Shown: positions 17,063 through 29,512 of the stretch, piece after piece
Numbering within the stretch: the first letter of the stretch is position 1
Layout of the letters: each line of letters begins with the position of its first letter
NCBI GenBank assembly: GCA_013239625.1
Contig: MU053933.1
Coordinates: 808,001-868,000 of the forward strand
From: Lama guanicoe
Lineage: Eukaryota
DNA length: 60,000 bases
Direction: 5' to 3'
Position numbers and translations under genes: made by a program
The notes under the pieces: generated by a model
Databases searched by the model: none
The model's input: the letters and a program-made list of their open reading frames with translations, nothing else
Told to the model about the DNA's origin: nothing

Positions 17063-18608
17063 TAGTTACACCTCCCTCCAGGCTGTCAACATAGTGCTTA
17101 AAGCAAAAGCACCCACTCTTCACAGATCATCAAACACAGGCCCACAGGGAGCTGTAGAGCACGGCCCCTTGGTGTGTGACGCGTGTTCCGCCACACCACG
17201 CCTGGGCTGAAAGGGCCCGAGTCTTGCTGGAGACCTTATACACATTTCTAGCCTGCATGCGACACGTGTCTGCACCAGCTCCGCTGAGGGGGTGACTCCT
17301 TAGTTGGTCAGCTTCCTGTTTCCATGTCCCTGAGCTGCTGCTCACCTGTGGGCTTAGGACTTGGAAGAATTTACAGCAGACAGGCTCAGGCGACAAGTGA
17401 GCCGCAGAGGGGAGCTCAGCTGCCAGAACGCTTGGCCAATGGGAGAGTAAGCCCCTGCCAGCGCCCTCTACTGCCCTGCCGGAGTTTGGGTCCAGCTACT
17501 CCCAGAGACACTCAGGCATTTTCTCAGTGACCACTCCCCTAACTGCAGTACAGAAAACGAGCAGGAAAGCTCTCCACTGGGGAACACTGCCAAGGGGTCT
17601 GGAAGCAGGGACAACTGCCCACCTGTCTTGTACACATAGTTTGCTCAGGGCCACCCTTGTAAACAGGCAGTTGCCTTGGTGTTATCTCGGGATATTTGCA
17701 AAGCAGCTCTCTCCCAGATGCGTCCTAACTCAGGCATCACAGGCTCCAACATCCTACCACTAACAAGCCTTTGCCTCGGCTGAGCACAGCCTTCTGCCTT
17801 TTCTCTTTACATTAATATTTATTTTTATTCTATTTGGAAATATACAACCTTGTCCCTTCTGCACCTCATCTCACAGCCCAGAGGCAACTGCTTTCCACTC
17901 CTAGTCTCTTCTCCATGTTTCTAAAGACTGTGAGTTACTGCGATTTTTGGTCCATTTAGCCCTCTTTTATGCCCGCTCCTTTTGGAAATGCGACCCCGCT
18001 CTCTGACGCCCCCTCCCACTTCCCCTGTCGGGGATTCTAAGTGCTGTTCCAGGCGGCTGCCTGGGCCCTTGTCATCCAGGTGGAGAGCCGTTGAGGGGAC
18101 CGAGTTTCATAAATGAGTCAACCAGAGTCAAATCAAGAGATCTGCAGCCTGAGGCAGCCCGTGGTCTGGCCACCTCCTCTCTGGGCCCCTGGGGACCCAG
18201 CAGGCCTGCCCCCGCATCCTTGATGGCACGTGGCTCCTGGGCGCGGGGACTCTGGTCTGCCCGGGATACAGGACCCACTCACGGTTGGAGGCTCTTCGCC
18301 CTGCTCATTTTCAACAACATTAGTGAATGAAGCAAAACCCCCTCGCTCGCAGGGTGAGCGCCGCATACTGCTAGAGTTCTTGCTTTTTGATCAGTGGAGA
18401 TGGAATGAGGCTCCTCTTCTCCATGGTAAGTCACTGTGTTCTGATGTTACCTTTCCTTATCTCTCGAATCACATTTCATGCTTTTATGCTTTCTAAGCTT
18501 GAGGCATTTTCTTGAGCTCTGCAGCCCAGCATCCTCAAAGCTCCCAACAGGAGACCTCAGCCCCGCCTCCGTCTCCCCAAGAAACCTCTGCTCCTGCCTG
18601 GACCACCC

Positions 18609-18609
<1 letters not shown>

Positions 18610-18640
<31 letters not shown>
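18610..18640 (+). repeat. Poly(C) homopolymer, 31 nt
   Basis: Uninterrupted C run. Confidence 0.9.
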
Positions 18641-19559
18641 ATCCTTTTTTTCAATGTTATTTATCATTGCAACCCCTGCTCCTAGCACAGAGCTCCTTCT
18701 GCACATAATAGGTTCTTATTCTTGGCACCTCTTTCCCAGTAGGTGTCAGAGTTGACTCTTTTGTAAGACCAGGGAAAAGGAGTGACTCTTCCCTGCAAGT
18801 TGGGGGCTGGCAAAAAGCTGACCCTCTCAGCTGGCACTGCCCACCTGTTTATCCTCTGTCGGCGCCCCCGGGGCTCACAGACACACTGGCACCGCCTTGC
18901 TGATTGGCACAGAGAGAAGTTCTTTATCCCCTCGCCTTCCTCTCATGTCTGGGCAGTACCTGCTGCCCTCCCCCTAGGTTCTCAGCCATTACCCTGACTC
19001 CTCTCCACTTCCCTCGGACGCCCGCCTCTTCACTTGAGCCACTGGCTCTTCCTTCTGCAACAAAGGAAAGATGCGTAAGAACTCTCACCTCATGCCTTCC
19101 CACCTGCAGACTCTTTGCAGCCACACCTGCCCTTCCCGCCCTCTCTGCTCCAGCCTGCGGCTCTTTCCTCCTCACGTATTTTGGATTCCTTGTCTTTCTG
19201 CCTCTGAAGGGACATGTGTCATTTAAGTACACGGCTGCCTTCTTGGGCGCACCCACTCCCATCCTCTCTGCTGCTTCTTCAGGACCTGGGTCTCCTGGGA
19301 CAAGTGGCTGAATCCAGGTCTGGGGCAGGAGACGAATGGGATGAGCTCGGGACATCCTGTCACACTAGAAAGCAAGGACACTGTCACAGGTGCCAGGTTC
19401 ACGTTGGAAGGACTCAGGAGCCAATTAGAAGAGCCTCCCACTGGCCAAAGACGGGCAGATGCAACTCAGTTGGGGGAGTAACTGGAGTGGATCAAAAGCC
19501 AGCAACTGTGACTCAGGCCACTAGGGCAGAGGCCAAAAAAGCAAAACAGAGAAGCGCAC

Positions 19560-20440
19560 TGTTGACCTTTGAAGATAGTTGAAAACCAGCTCATCATTTT
19601 GAAAAGTGGCAAAAAAAAAAAAGTAATTCCGTACTTACCTTGCCTTTCCAGTATGAACTGTACCTCAGCTAACTAAATCGCTGGTGAGAAGAGGTTTCTC
19701 TTTAGGGCAGTGTGCGAGCAAGTAAATAAAAAAGAAACCATGGGATTACGATGCCACGGGTTCACGGCTTCTGCGAGTTCTACTTCTGAAGAGTTAATGA
19801 GCTTAGGCAGCTGACGTCTAATGCCGCAGAAGACGACCACTGCCTCAGGTCAACCCGAATCTGGCCGGGCCTCTGGACCTCGCTGCCAATTTTAGGAAAT
19901 ACAGGGGGCAAAAGGATATGTTTGACCATGTCATAAAGATGGAGTCAGCGCAACGCAGAGTGTAAGAAGCTCCGTGGGGAAAACGGCCCGGCCTCTGCAA
20001 CGACAGAGATGTGGGTGGACCTCCAGAGGGAGAGGCCCAGGAGACACGTGCGCCGCACAAGTGTAGGCCGCCTGGGTCCGCATCTGAAAACAAACAGAGA
20101 ACATGGAGAGCCCACTTACAGGACAGTTGGGGAGGCGGGAACACGGGCTGGGCATGCGATGCTCTTCTGGAGTTTTCTTGTTTGGGGGAGCCCTGACGAC
20201 GGTACAGTGATCATGTTTGGAACTGTATCTTTTAGAGATACACACTGAAACTTTACAGATGAAATACTATGGGATTTTCTGCAAAATAATCATAGGGCAG
20301 GAGGTGGGTCCAAACAGACAGGAAACAAAACTGGCCACGCATGCTCACTGATGAAGCCGGGCGATGGACACCTGGGGCTTCACCATAGTGTTCTCTCAAC
20401 TTCTGTACGTGCTTGAAAATGTCAGACATTTAAAAATATC
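19560..20440 (+). mobile_element. Old L1M (L1MC-like) 3' fragments
   Basis: catcattttgaaaagtggc...ttgcctttccagtatgaactgtacctc and ...caccatagtgttctctcaacttctgtacgtgcttgaaaatg. Confidence 0.55.
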
Positions 20441-21774
20441 CTTCCTCCTCCCTGAGTCCCTCTCCAGCTTTGGGCCCCTCGCTTCCCCAGGCACAGCCAG
20501 CCTTCCTGAACTGGTTTTCTGTTCCGTGCGGCTTCCTCTTCCTCACCACCACTCAGTCCCTGACCCCAGTGGTCTGCCCGCCCACCCCAGCCCACGCCCA
20601 TGGAAGCTTCAGTCATGATCTCCGGGGTGAAGCCAGTAGACCCTGACTGCTTTGCAGCCTCCAGCTCCACAGCCACCCGCCTTGTTCCAGAAGCACTGCC
20701 TGCCTTGGGGTTCCTGGACATCACACTTTTCTGGATTTTCCCTCTGCTCCATGCATAGCTTCCAGCCCCTCCTCCCTGCCCGGCCCTTAAACGTTGGCAC
20801 CCCTGGGGGTTCAGCCCTAGTCTCCTGCCTGGGCAAGCTTTCTACCCTCCAGCTGCCAACCGCTGTCTGTACCAGGCCCCCTCACCAACCTAGGATTCTT
20901 CCGGAGACTCCAGACCCACACACCCCCCAGTCAGCATAGCCACTGAGAGGTCCCACGGGAACCGAACGCTCAGTGAGTGTGAATTAATCCTTTGCCCCGC
21001 TCTGCCCCTCAACTCTGTGTGCCCTCTGTCTGCTCCTTCTTTCCATGAAGACCCACCATCCACTTAGCTGCCTAAGCCTCGGTGTCATCCGCCTCCTCCC
21101 TCTCTCACCTCCTTTCTCTCACCTCTCAGGCCTTCCTCAGATCTGTGCTCCCAGACAGCACTCTCTCGGGCCTGGATTGCTGCTAGAGCCCTCGGCCCTC
21201 CCCTCCCCACTTTCCCTGCACCGTCACCGCTCCCCAGACCCGCCTCCCTGCGTGCGTCGTGGGCGTTTGTACACGCGATGGTACCTTCGCGCCGACCACG
21301 TCCCTTCTCTTCCCCATGCTCTTGGCCAGCTCCTGGTATGCTCCTGAGATGTCACCTCCTGTGACCATCCAGTCTGGGCCAGGTGACCCTCTTTTGCACT
21401 CCATCGTAACGTGTAACACAGCGTAGTGACTGCTGGTTAGCTGTCTGACGTCTCCGCCCGCTGGAAGCACTTTGAGGGGAAGGAGCACGCCTGTGCCTGT
21501 ACTGCCCTGTGTCAGTGGGGCTCCCTTGGCCTCCGCCTCCCTTGGCCTCCGCCTCCCTCCTCAATTGGATCAGTCAGAGGGCAGGAGGAGAGGTAGGGCT
21601 GCTTACTCCCAGGGGGCCACAGTCTGACAGCAGCTGCTCCTCTGCCAAAGCCCCACTCCCGTCCCGCGGTTCCCTCCTGCGGCCTCAGCACTCCAAGTTC
21701 CTGTAACGGCTCACTGCCCTGGCCTCTTCAGGCCTGGGTGCCTTCCCTACCACCTTCTCGAACATATATTGCCT

Positions 21775-22246
21775 TGTAGGGTTAAATAATGGCCCCCTCC
21801 TGCCCCAGCCTGCCCCACAAATGCGTGTCCTTCCCAGAACCTCAGAATGTGACCTTATTTGGAATAGGGGCATTGCAGGTGTAATTTGTTCAGTTGAGGT
21901 CCTCCTAGAGTAGGGTGCACCCTCAAACCAGGATGACTGGTGTCCTTGTAAGAGAAGACACACAGACACACAGACGCACGGAGAGAAGACGTGTGAACAC
22001 AGACATGCAGGGAGAAGGCCGGAGAGCAGCAGAAGCAGACGAGAGCGAGGCGTCTGCAGGCTAGGGAACGCCACGGACCGGCAGCAGCACCAGGAGCAGG
22101 GAGAGAGGCACGGAGCACAGTCTTCCCGGAGCCCCCGGCACGGCCCTGCCACCGCCCTGGCCTCCATCACTGTGAGACCGTACATTTCCACTGTCTGAAG
22201 TCACCTGGCTTGAGGCGCTGGTTACAGCCGCCCCAGGTAGTGAACA
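21775..22246 (+). mobile_element. MaLR solo LTR (MLT1-like)
   Basis: acctcagaatgtgaccttatttggaatagggg...gatgactggtgtccttgtaagag...actgtgaga...gttacagcc. Confidence 0.85.
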
Positions 22247-24699
22247 GAAGTCCCGTCCCCGTGCTCACGTCACTTTCCCTTCGAGGGGACCAGCTTGTTC
22301 TTCACGAGCCTTTTGCTCGATGAACTGTTCAAAGGCAAGGCCCCTGCTGACTTTAAGGCTCAGTGTCTGGCACGGGCTGGCCCTCGTTGGCCCCCAGTAC
22401 ACATCTGCCAGATAAGAGTGTTTGTGCCTTTCATTTGGTCTACTCCTCTTTTTCTGAAATAAAATAAATTCAGAGCAAGCATAGAAGTTTCAGGATAAAG
22501 CAGAGGCCCGCCCAGGCAGGTGTGCGCAGCTGGCAGCCCCAGGTCTGGGCCCCCTGGGCTCATCTCTCTGGAAGCCTGGCCAGCACTCTGTCCACGGCCG
22601 CCTGAGGGCACGCCACCACTGGCCCACATGCTTGTCGTGAGTTTGCGGTACTGGATGTGAAAAGCTCCACAGGACTGGAAATGCATTTGATTCTCACGGG
22701 AAATGTCAATACTACATGTCGGAAGAAAAAGAAGAGTGTCAGATTCCTAAATATTTCAGCTGTTGTGAAATGTGTGTGATTGAAAAAAATGGCTTTCAAG
22801 TTTTCTACCTGCACAAAGACAGTGTCTCGATGGTGACATCCCCGCTGTCGCCTCCGTCCTGCGCTTGTGTGCAGCCGTTTCCAGCATAACTACCTTGTAT
22901 GTTTGTCTTAGCAAAGCACTCACAAGGTTTCATCTCAAAACGGGGACCATTTCAATTGGAAGTTTCGTACAAAATTACTATCTCCCCTAACACATTTTTA
23001 ATTATTTCTTATAATAATACAAAAGGTTAATATAAAAATATTATTATTTTCTAAAAGGTTGATATTTTCATCTTTATAAAATTAAAAGATGAATATTTTC
23101 AGCAAATATTACATAGACCACCTCAGGACCCCCTAGTCTTCCCCAGTGGGCCATGCAGAGGTCGCCGTTTCCTAGGTGAGAAATGGGGTGGAAACGTGGG
23201 GTACCCTGTGCTTCGTCCTTCCGCGCCTGTCCGTGCAGCTGGCCAGTGTAGATGAGCACCTCCCGATCAGGGCAGGACCCCGAGAACCCCTCCAGGCCCA
23301 GGCTAGGGGCCAGGAGAAAGGTTTGGAAATAAGCAGTGCTAGTTCACTGTGGGAAGTCGGGACAAAGAGGTTTCTGTAGTGCCCTGGAAACACGGTGAAG
23401 ATTGCCTGAGAGAACAGAGAAGTACTTGGCCTGGGTCTCGAAATCTGAGCTCATGAGGAGAGGCTGGGGTCAGCAGGGCCAAGGCAGAGATACCAACTCA
23501 GTGTGCAAGAAAGCACGTGTCTTAGAAACGAACGTGCTGTCCTGAGCTTCTGTCATGAAGCCAAGAGTGGGTTCAGGTGTCGTTCTCTGGCTGCTAAGGA
23601 CTGGGGCTCATTCCTGATCCAGTGGGGGCTCTTGAAAGGTTTTCATCAGGAACGACAGGTCTGTCTGCTCTAGGAGGGCAGCTGAAGGCCCTGGAACGGT
23701 GGTTACCTGGGGGAGAGCTTAGAAGAGGGGAGGCTGATGCACAAGTTCAGGGTGGGAGGAGGAGCCCAAGCAGAGTCCCTGCCAAGTGCCAGAGCAGGGC
23801 TGGGCAGGTTCTGATCACCAGGAATGGAGAGTGAGGAAAGGGAGGAGGGCTACCTGAAAGAGGAGGCCTGGGGAAAGAGCTCGCCAAGGGGAGGGAGAAG
23901 TCAGGAGGGAGAAGTCAGGAGGCTCGGGCCACTCCCCTTGTAGGATTTCCTGTGGCTGAGCTCAGGGCTACAGGGAGGCCCGCTGGTCTCCCTCCTGCGT
24001 GGAGAACGCTTCTCAGAAGCCCAAAGAAGCGGTGCTTTAGACATCCAATTTGCCAACGGAAAAGGATAGCAGGGTGTTCGCAAAACAGAGCAGGGCCCTG
24101 AGGGGCCCTGAGAGGCCTGGCGGGGAAGCCGAGGACCCGCTGGGATGCTGAGGCACACGCTCCTGCAGACTGCTCTGCAGAGTTTTAACTTGGAGCGGGC
24201 AGCGCGGGGGGTGGGGGCGGTTCTTTCTGGAATTTACTCTGCAGAATGTTTCCGCCTCACTTGGCACTTGGAGGGAGGCACTGTCCTGGGAGCTGGGCAC
24301 CTGGGCACCTGGGCTGGGTTTGGATGCCGTAACTACCATGGGTGCTCTGCAGGTACCCCAGGAGAGGAATCAGGCTTGGAGGGGTGCCGGTGCACAGGGT
24401 TAGTTTTTGGCAAGAACTGAGCATGGCATTCGGAGAACACTTTCTGGGGTGAAATGAGAACTGTTATGGCACCAGGAAGGGCTCTTCCAGTTCAGGTGAC
24501 CAGAGCCGGCTGCGGTTCTCCAGCATGGCCACGTGAGCTGCATGTGTCGCACACATGAAAGTGTGCTAAGAGATGGTCCGCTTAGCCTATCGTGGGCCCT
24601 GTTTTTCAGTTAATAGAGTGTTAGTCTCACGAGCCTGACCCCTAAGAAGAATAAAGTCTGGAGGCCGAGGCAGACGCCCCTTAGCGCAGGTCCCTTCCC

Positions 24700-25900
24700 G
24701 GGAAGCATCGCAGTGCCGCTGTTGGGAGGGACCTACCTTGAGGACAAAGGGCCGTTGGGGAGCTCCCCTTTGGGCAGTGGCGAACATGCCGGTCCGCGCC
24801 GGGCACCCGCAGGCAGGTGCGGGGACAGGGACCGCGGGGAAGACTCCTGAGTGGCGATGGCCTGGAGCCCCAGCAGCCGGCGAGCGGGCCGCGCCGCTCC
24901 GCGTGGGGGCGCCCCGGCCCGGCGTCCCCGGGCTGCCTGGGACCCTGGGCGCGCTCCGGGGCCGCGGGAGGACCGGGGAGGGGACGCGCCGGGGACGGGC
25001 CGGAGGGGGAGGGGCCGAGCCGCCGCCCGGCCGGGCGCCCCGCGGGCCGCAGGGAAGTGAAAGGGCCGGCGGGGCCTGGGCGCGCCGCCCCAGGAAGTCG
25101 CGAGCAGGAAGCGCCCGCGGCAGCCGGGCCGGGCGGCGGTGCGCGGGCCTGGGCGGCGCAGGTGAGACGCGGGGACCGGGACGGGGCGGGGGACGCGGCG
25201 GCGCGGACACCGCTCCGCGCCTGCCGGGCGGCTGGGCCCGGGCGCCGGGGCCGCGCAGCACCTGCCACCGCGGGCGGCGGGCGGGGACGCCGGGGGGCGG
25301 CGCTCTGCGGGCTGCTGGCCCGTCTTTGTGCTCGTCGTGGGCCGGGCCCGGGGCCGGGCCGGTCCCGCGCTCCTCTGGCTGAGGGCATCTTTGCAGCGAG
25401 GTGTCTAGAGGAGCGGCCGGGCGGCCCCAGACCCGGCAAGCGGAGGCAGGGGAGACGGTGCCGTGCCGGCAGCCGCCCACCGGAGCCCCGGGCAGGGGCG
25501 AGCTGAGATGTCCTGCCGGGTCCCCTCCCCAGCCCGCCCCGGCCGCGGTGACAGCGCAGCCGGGGACCTAGAGAGGCGCGGCGCGCGGTCGGCTGGGCGG
25601 CGGGGACGTGGGCGTGCCCGCCAGGTCCACCTCCGGGGACCCGCCGGCGGGGCGGGGAGGAGCCGGCGCAGGAGCCGTCCGGGCGAATCGAGCTCCGGCA
25701 CCTTGGGCCTTCGGGTTGTTTTTCTGTTGCGCAGCTCATTCCCGGAGCCCGTGAGCCTCTTGGCCAACACAAGTGACAGCGTGCTTCTGGATTTACAGGA
25801 CTTAAAGCGCCAGAAAGTCACCCAGCCTCTGGGCGCCAACCGTCAGGCTCCTTTTTCCTCCTTCTCCCAGCCTCCTGCCCTCCCAGCCTCGGCGGCCACG
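24700..25900 (+). promoter_or_regulatory. CpG island, main SLC37A1 promoter and probable non-coding first exon (donor CAG|GTGAGA at 25162)
   Basis: Very GC/CpG-dense ~1.2 kb located 4 kb upstream of the first coding exon; ETS cores CAGGAAG at 25091 and 25105; GC boxes. Confidence 0.85.
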
Positions 25901-28900
25901 CTGCTGATCCTGGTGACCTGTGACCTAGGCGTGGGAACAGGACACTGGAAAGCCCCTTACTCCTCCGCCAGGTTTGAATTTCTCAAGGTGGAATTCCGAA
26001 GCCCGCCTTTCCTTGAGTCTCCCTGAGCTCACTGCCTGGAACGTGTCCACCTGCCCTTGGATTTGAATTGTGTGCAGTTGTTTGAGCTGGTAACTGGATT
26101 AGATTATTCTCCCCCGTTGCTCCTTCTTCAATGTCTTTTAAGATCAACCTTGTCAACCCCGGGCTCTAGACCTCCAGTGTTTCACCACGTAGTTTTGGAA
26201 CTGCATTTGCAGGTTCTGTTTTGTGCACACCGCCTTGAGGTTCTCTTTGTTGGTGGGAGAAAGTGGTACAGATGGAGGATCCCTTTTCGTGTGTAAGCCG
26301 GGGAAGGAGGTGGTGGCTGTTGTCATTAACCTTTAATATTGCTTCGAGCTTATAAAGCACAAACCACAGAAAGTGTTTTCTCTAGAAGGGAAGTTGTATT
26401 CTCTCTCTTTCTCTGCAGAAAGAAAAGTGCATGAGAGCTTGTTTGGGGAACATGCATCTCCCCTGCCCCTGTTGCCTCAAAGTAAGATAAGATGCACTTT
26501 TAAAGCTTTGTCTTTAAGTAAATTGTTTAAAATATGCTGGGGCTGCTTTGGTTATTTATAGCAGCGCTTCAGTTCTGGGAAGGCCCTCCCAGCGTTACTC
26601 CCATTGTTTGCTTTTGAGTCTCGTTTTCTCCAGCAGGTACAGGGCGCTCTTCCCCAGGCAGTGTGCGAGGGTGGGGCCGGAGGAGGCCTCTCCCTCTGGT
26701 TGTTGCACTTTGTAGTCATACAGGTGCACGTCAGGTTGGGCTCTTTTGGAAGATGGGTATAAAAACTGCACTTTACAGCTTGTAATAGAGATGCTCTAAT
26801 GGGGTGTTTCTGAAGTTGCTCTCTTTGACAGTAGAATGAAACTGCGTATTCTGACCCTTGTCCCTCCTGGGTGGTGAGTTCCAGGGGCACCTATTAAGAA
26901 CCTTTTTTAAAAAGTCTTCTTTTTATGTGCTTGGGGTATGTGCTGAAAATAGGGTTTAAACCAAGGAATTTGCTCCAGTTCTGCTGCCCTCTATTTGCAG
27001 GAGGTGAGCCGGAGGGAGGAGGGGACTGCAGGAAACTGGACCAACCTGATTTGCCCCACAGTGTCCAGCTGACCCAGGCCAGCCACCTGGCCTCACGGGT
27101 CTGAGGCGTGTGTCCCGCCTCTGCCTCCAGGTTCCTGTGGAGCTTGCAGGAGAGCATGGAGTCACCACTGATGACCTCAGAGGTCCTGCCCAGCTCTCGC
27201 TGGAATGATTCTCCATGGGTACCATCCAGGCTTTGGAGGGAGGGGCCTCATTAAACTGAGCTCTCAATGTCCCACATGGAAAACCATTATGTTTACACAT
27301 TTTAATTGCACTCATGGTGAGAATTTATAGTACTTGAGTTTATCCATTTTACAGGGGAAAGAACTCCCATTGTTTTAAAAGGAAATTAAGATTTTTTTCC
27401 TGCTAATTTTCCAGTTTCTTCTGGATTTTTCTTAAGTTACAGATTTTACCAGAATTGAATTGAGGTTTATTGATGAGTTGATTTAGTAGATGGCAATAGA
27501 ATACTTCCAGACAAGCAGTACCTAGAGAAGCAGTGTTTGGACAGAGGAAGAAATTTAACTCCGACCACCCATTTTCAGGCAGTGTAAAATTTAGACCAAA
27601 TCCTTTCAAGTCAGCATCGCAAAATTATTTCTCAAAGTGTATTTAGGCCCAAACTGGAGCCCACTCATTTTGAGGAGAATATTAGTAGAATTTTTTTTAA
27701 TCTAGAGATTTGAGCAAAACCAGTTTTGAAGCATTTGTGGAACTCTGTTCAGCACACGTCTTGAGCACTTGCTGTGTGCTGGGCTCTGAACCAGGGGATG
27801 GGACCGAGGCAGTCACCTGCAGTCCCGCGCCTTCCGCTCCTGAATTCTTCCTGAGGACAAGACCAGCTGCTGTTCACTGAGCATGTGCTGCACACCAGGC
27901 TGTGTGCCAAGGGCTTTCTGTGGACTGTGCCTTTCATCTTTATAACAACCCTGAAGTGACGGTGCCATCATCCCTCATTTTTAGCTTGGGCAGGTGAAGG
28001 AGCAGAAAGTTCAGGGGACATGCCTGGGGTTACCCAGCCTGGGGTCAGCTGCAGGCGCAGGTGGCACTCTAGGTGGAATGAAGAGTAGAAGCCGTGTCAT
28101 AGTTAAGGCCTCGGTGGGGGTGGAGGCTGGGTGGCCTGGCTGGCTGGCGGGAGCAGAGGGGGCCTCCCTGCCTCCCTGAGAAGAGACTGGGGGGGGGTAA
28201 TTACAAAAGCTTCGAAAGGTGCATTTGAAAGCTCACTCAGGAGGGAGGGCAGCAGTGAACATGGAGAGCCCATTTTAATCGGGAAGATGCAGGCACTTAG
28301 GAATATTTGGAACTATTTGCTATTACTTGTCTGTTACCCCAAGGAAGTTGTTTAGTGTCACTGAGTACATTTCAGCTTTAAGTCGGGGTTAATGTTTAGT
28401 CAAAAGTAGCTTTTTTAAAAAACATTATATAACCTGCGGATTCTCAGTGCGTGTTAACATAGAACAGGCCGCGTTCCTGCCTGCACTGATGCGGTCATTT
28501 AATGTGTTGGTCCAAAAGATTCCTCGTTGCTGAGCATGGGAGGAAAACTGAAAACTCACCCAAGTCATGAAGTTGGTTTTGGGGCAGGAGACCGGGCCTG
28601 CCTGGTGTGCTGGGGCCCTTTTCAGCTCTCACACCTCTCGGCCCGTTTCCTCTTGTCTTGCTCTGCCTTCAGCCCAAGCTTCAGAATGGGGCCGTTTTCC
28701 AGTGAGGTGACCGCAGGAGTGAGAAGTGAGGAGGCAGATACGAGGTGAAGTTCATTCCCACAGCACTACATGCATTTAGACTCAGTTGCAAAGCCACAGT
28801 CAGATGATCGGTTTGATGACCTGTCATCTTGTCCAGGCCTGCGCTCCTCTCTGTTATTGTGACTCAAAGGTGGCCTGGTCCACAGCAGATGGAATCAAGC

Positions 28901-29456
28901 ATGGCCGGTTCCCTGGCATTCTGGAGACTGAGTGCACGATGTAACCACTGGGCATACGAGGCTTCATGTGAACGTCAGTGTAGTTCTGCAGAGTGTTGTG
29001 GTTAAGAGTGAATGGGTTGATCGCTAGAGACCTTCAGATGGAGGTGAATTCCGCCGTTCTTTTTTATATATCATCAGAACATCATGTGAAATTCATCTCA
29101 GTGATCTTTGAAGAAGCTGCCCAGAGGGCAGATGCTCTCCCCCGAGGGGCTCCCCCAGTGGGCTCTCCCCGTGGCACTGGCAGCCCAGCCTTGCTGCAGG
29201 CTGGCAAGGACGCGGGGGGTGGGGGCGGGGGACTTCTGCCAGGGACTCCGACGGTGCCATTGTCAGAACACCTGACTTTTCCACACCTCCTCCTCCGTGT
29301 AGGGAGCCGAGCCTCTGCTGGAAGGAAGACGTCTGTGCGCACATTCCAGCCTGAGCTAACTGCCGTGGCACGAGAGAGCCCCTCGGAGCTGGGGTAGTAA
29401 CCTGTTAATGAAGCACCTTGTTTTGTGACCAGCGCTCCGTGGTCAGCGGGACGTCA

Positions 29457-29512
29457 ATGGCCCGACTTCCCCCCGGCATCCGCTTCATCATCTCGTTCTC
29501 CAGGGATCAGTG
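29457..29512 (+). CDS. SLC37A1: SLC37A1 first coding exon ([19 protein letters not shown]); exon probably starts at 29303 with 5'UTR
   Basis: ATG 29457; donor GTGAGT at 29513; upstream polypyrimidine acceptor ...ctcctccgtgtag ending 29302. Confidence 0.94.

Noticed and set aside
24587..26026. Overlapping 200-360 aa ORFs on both strands
   Set aside because: Pro/Arg/Gly/Ala-rich products of a CpG island depleted in stop codons; no recognisable domain
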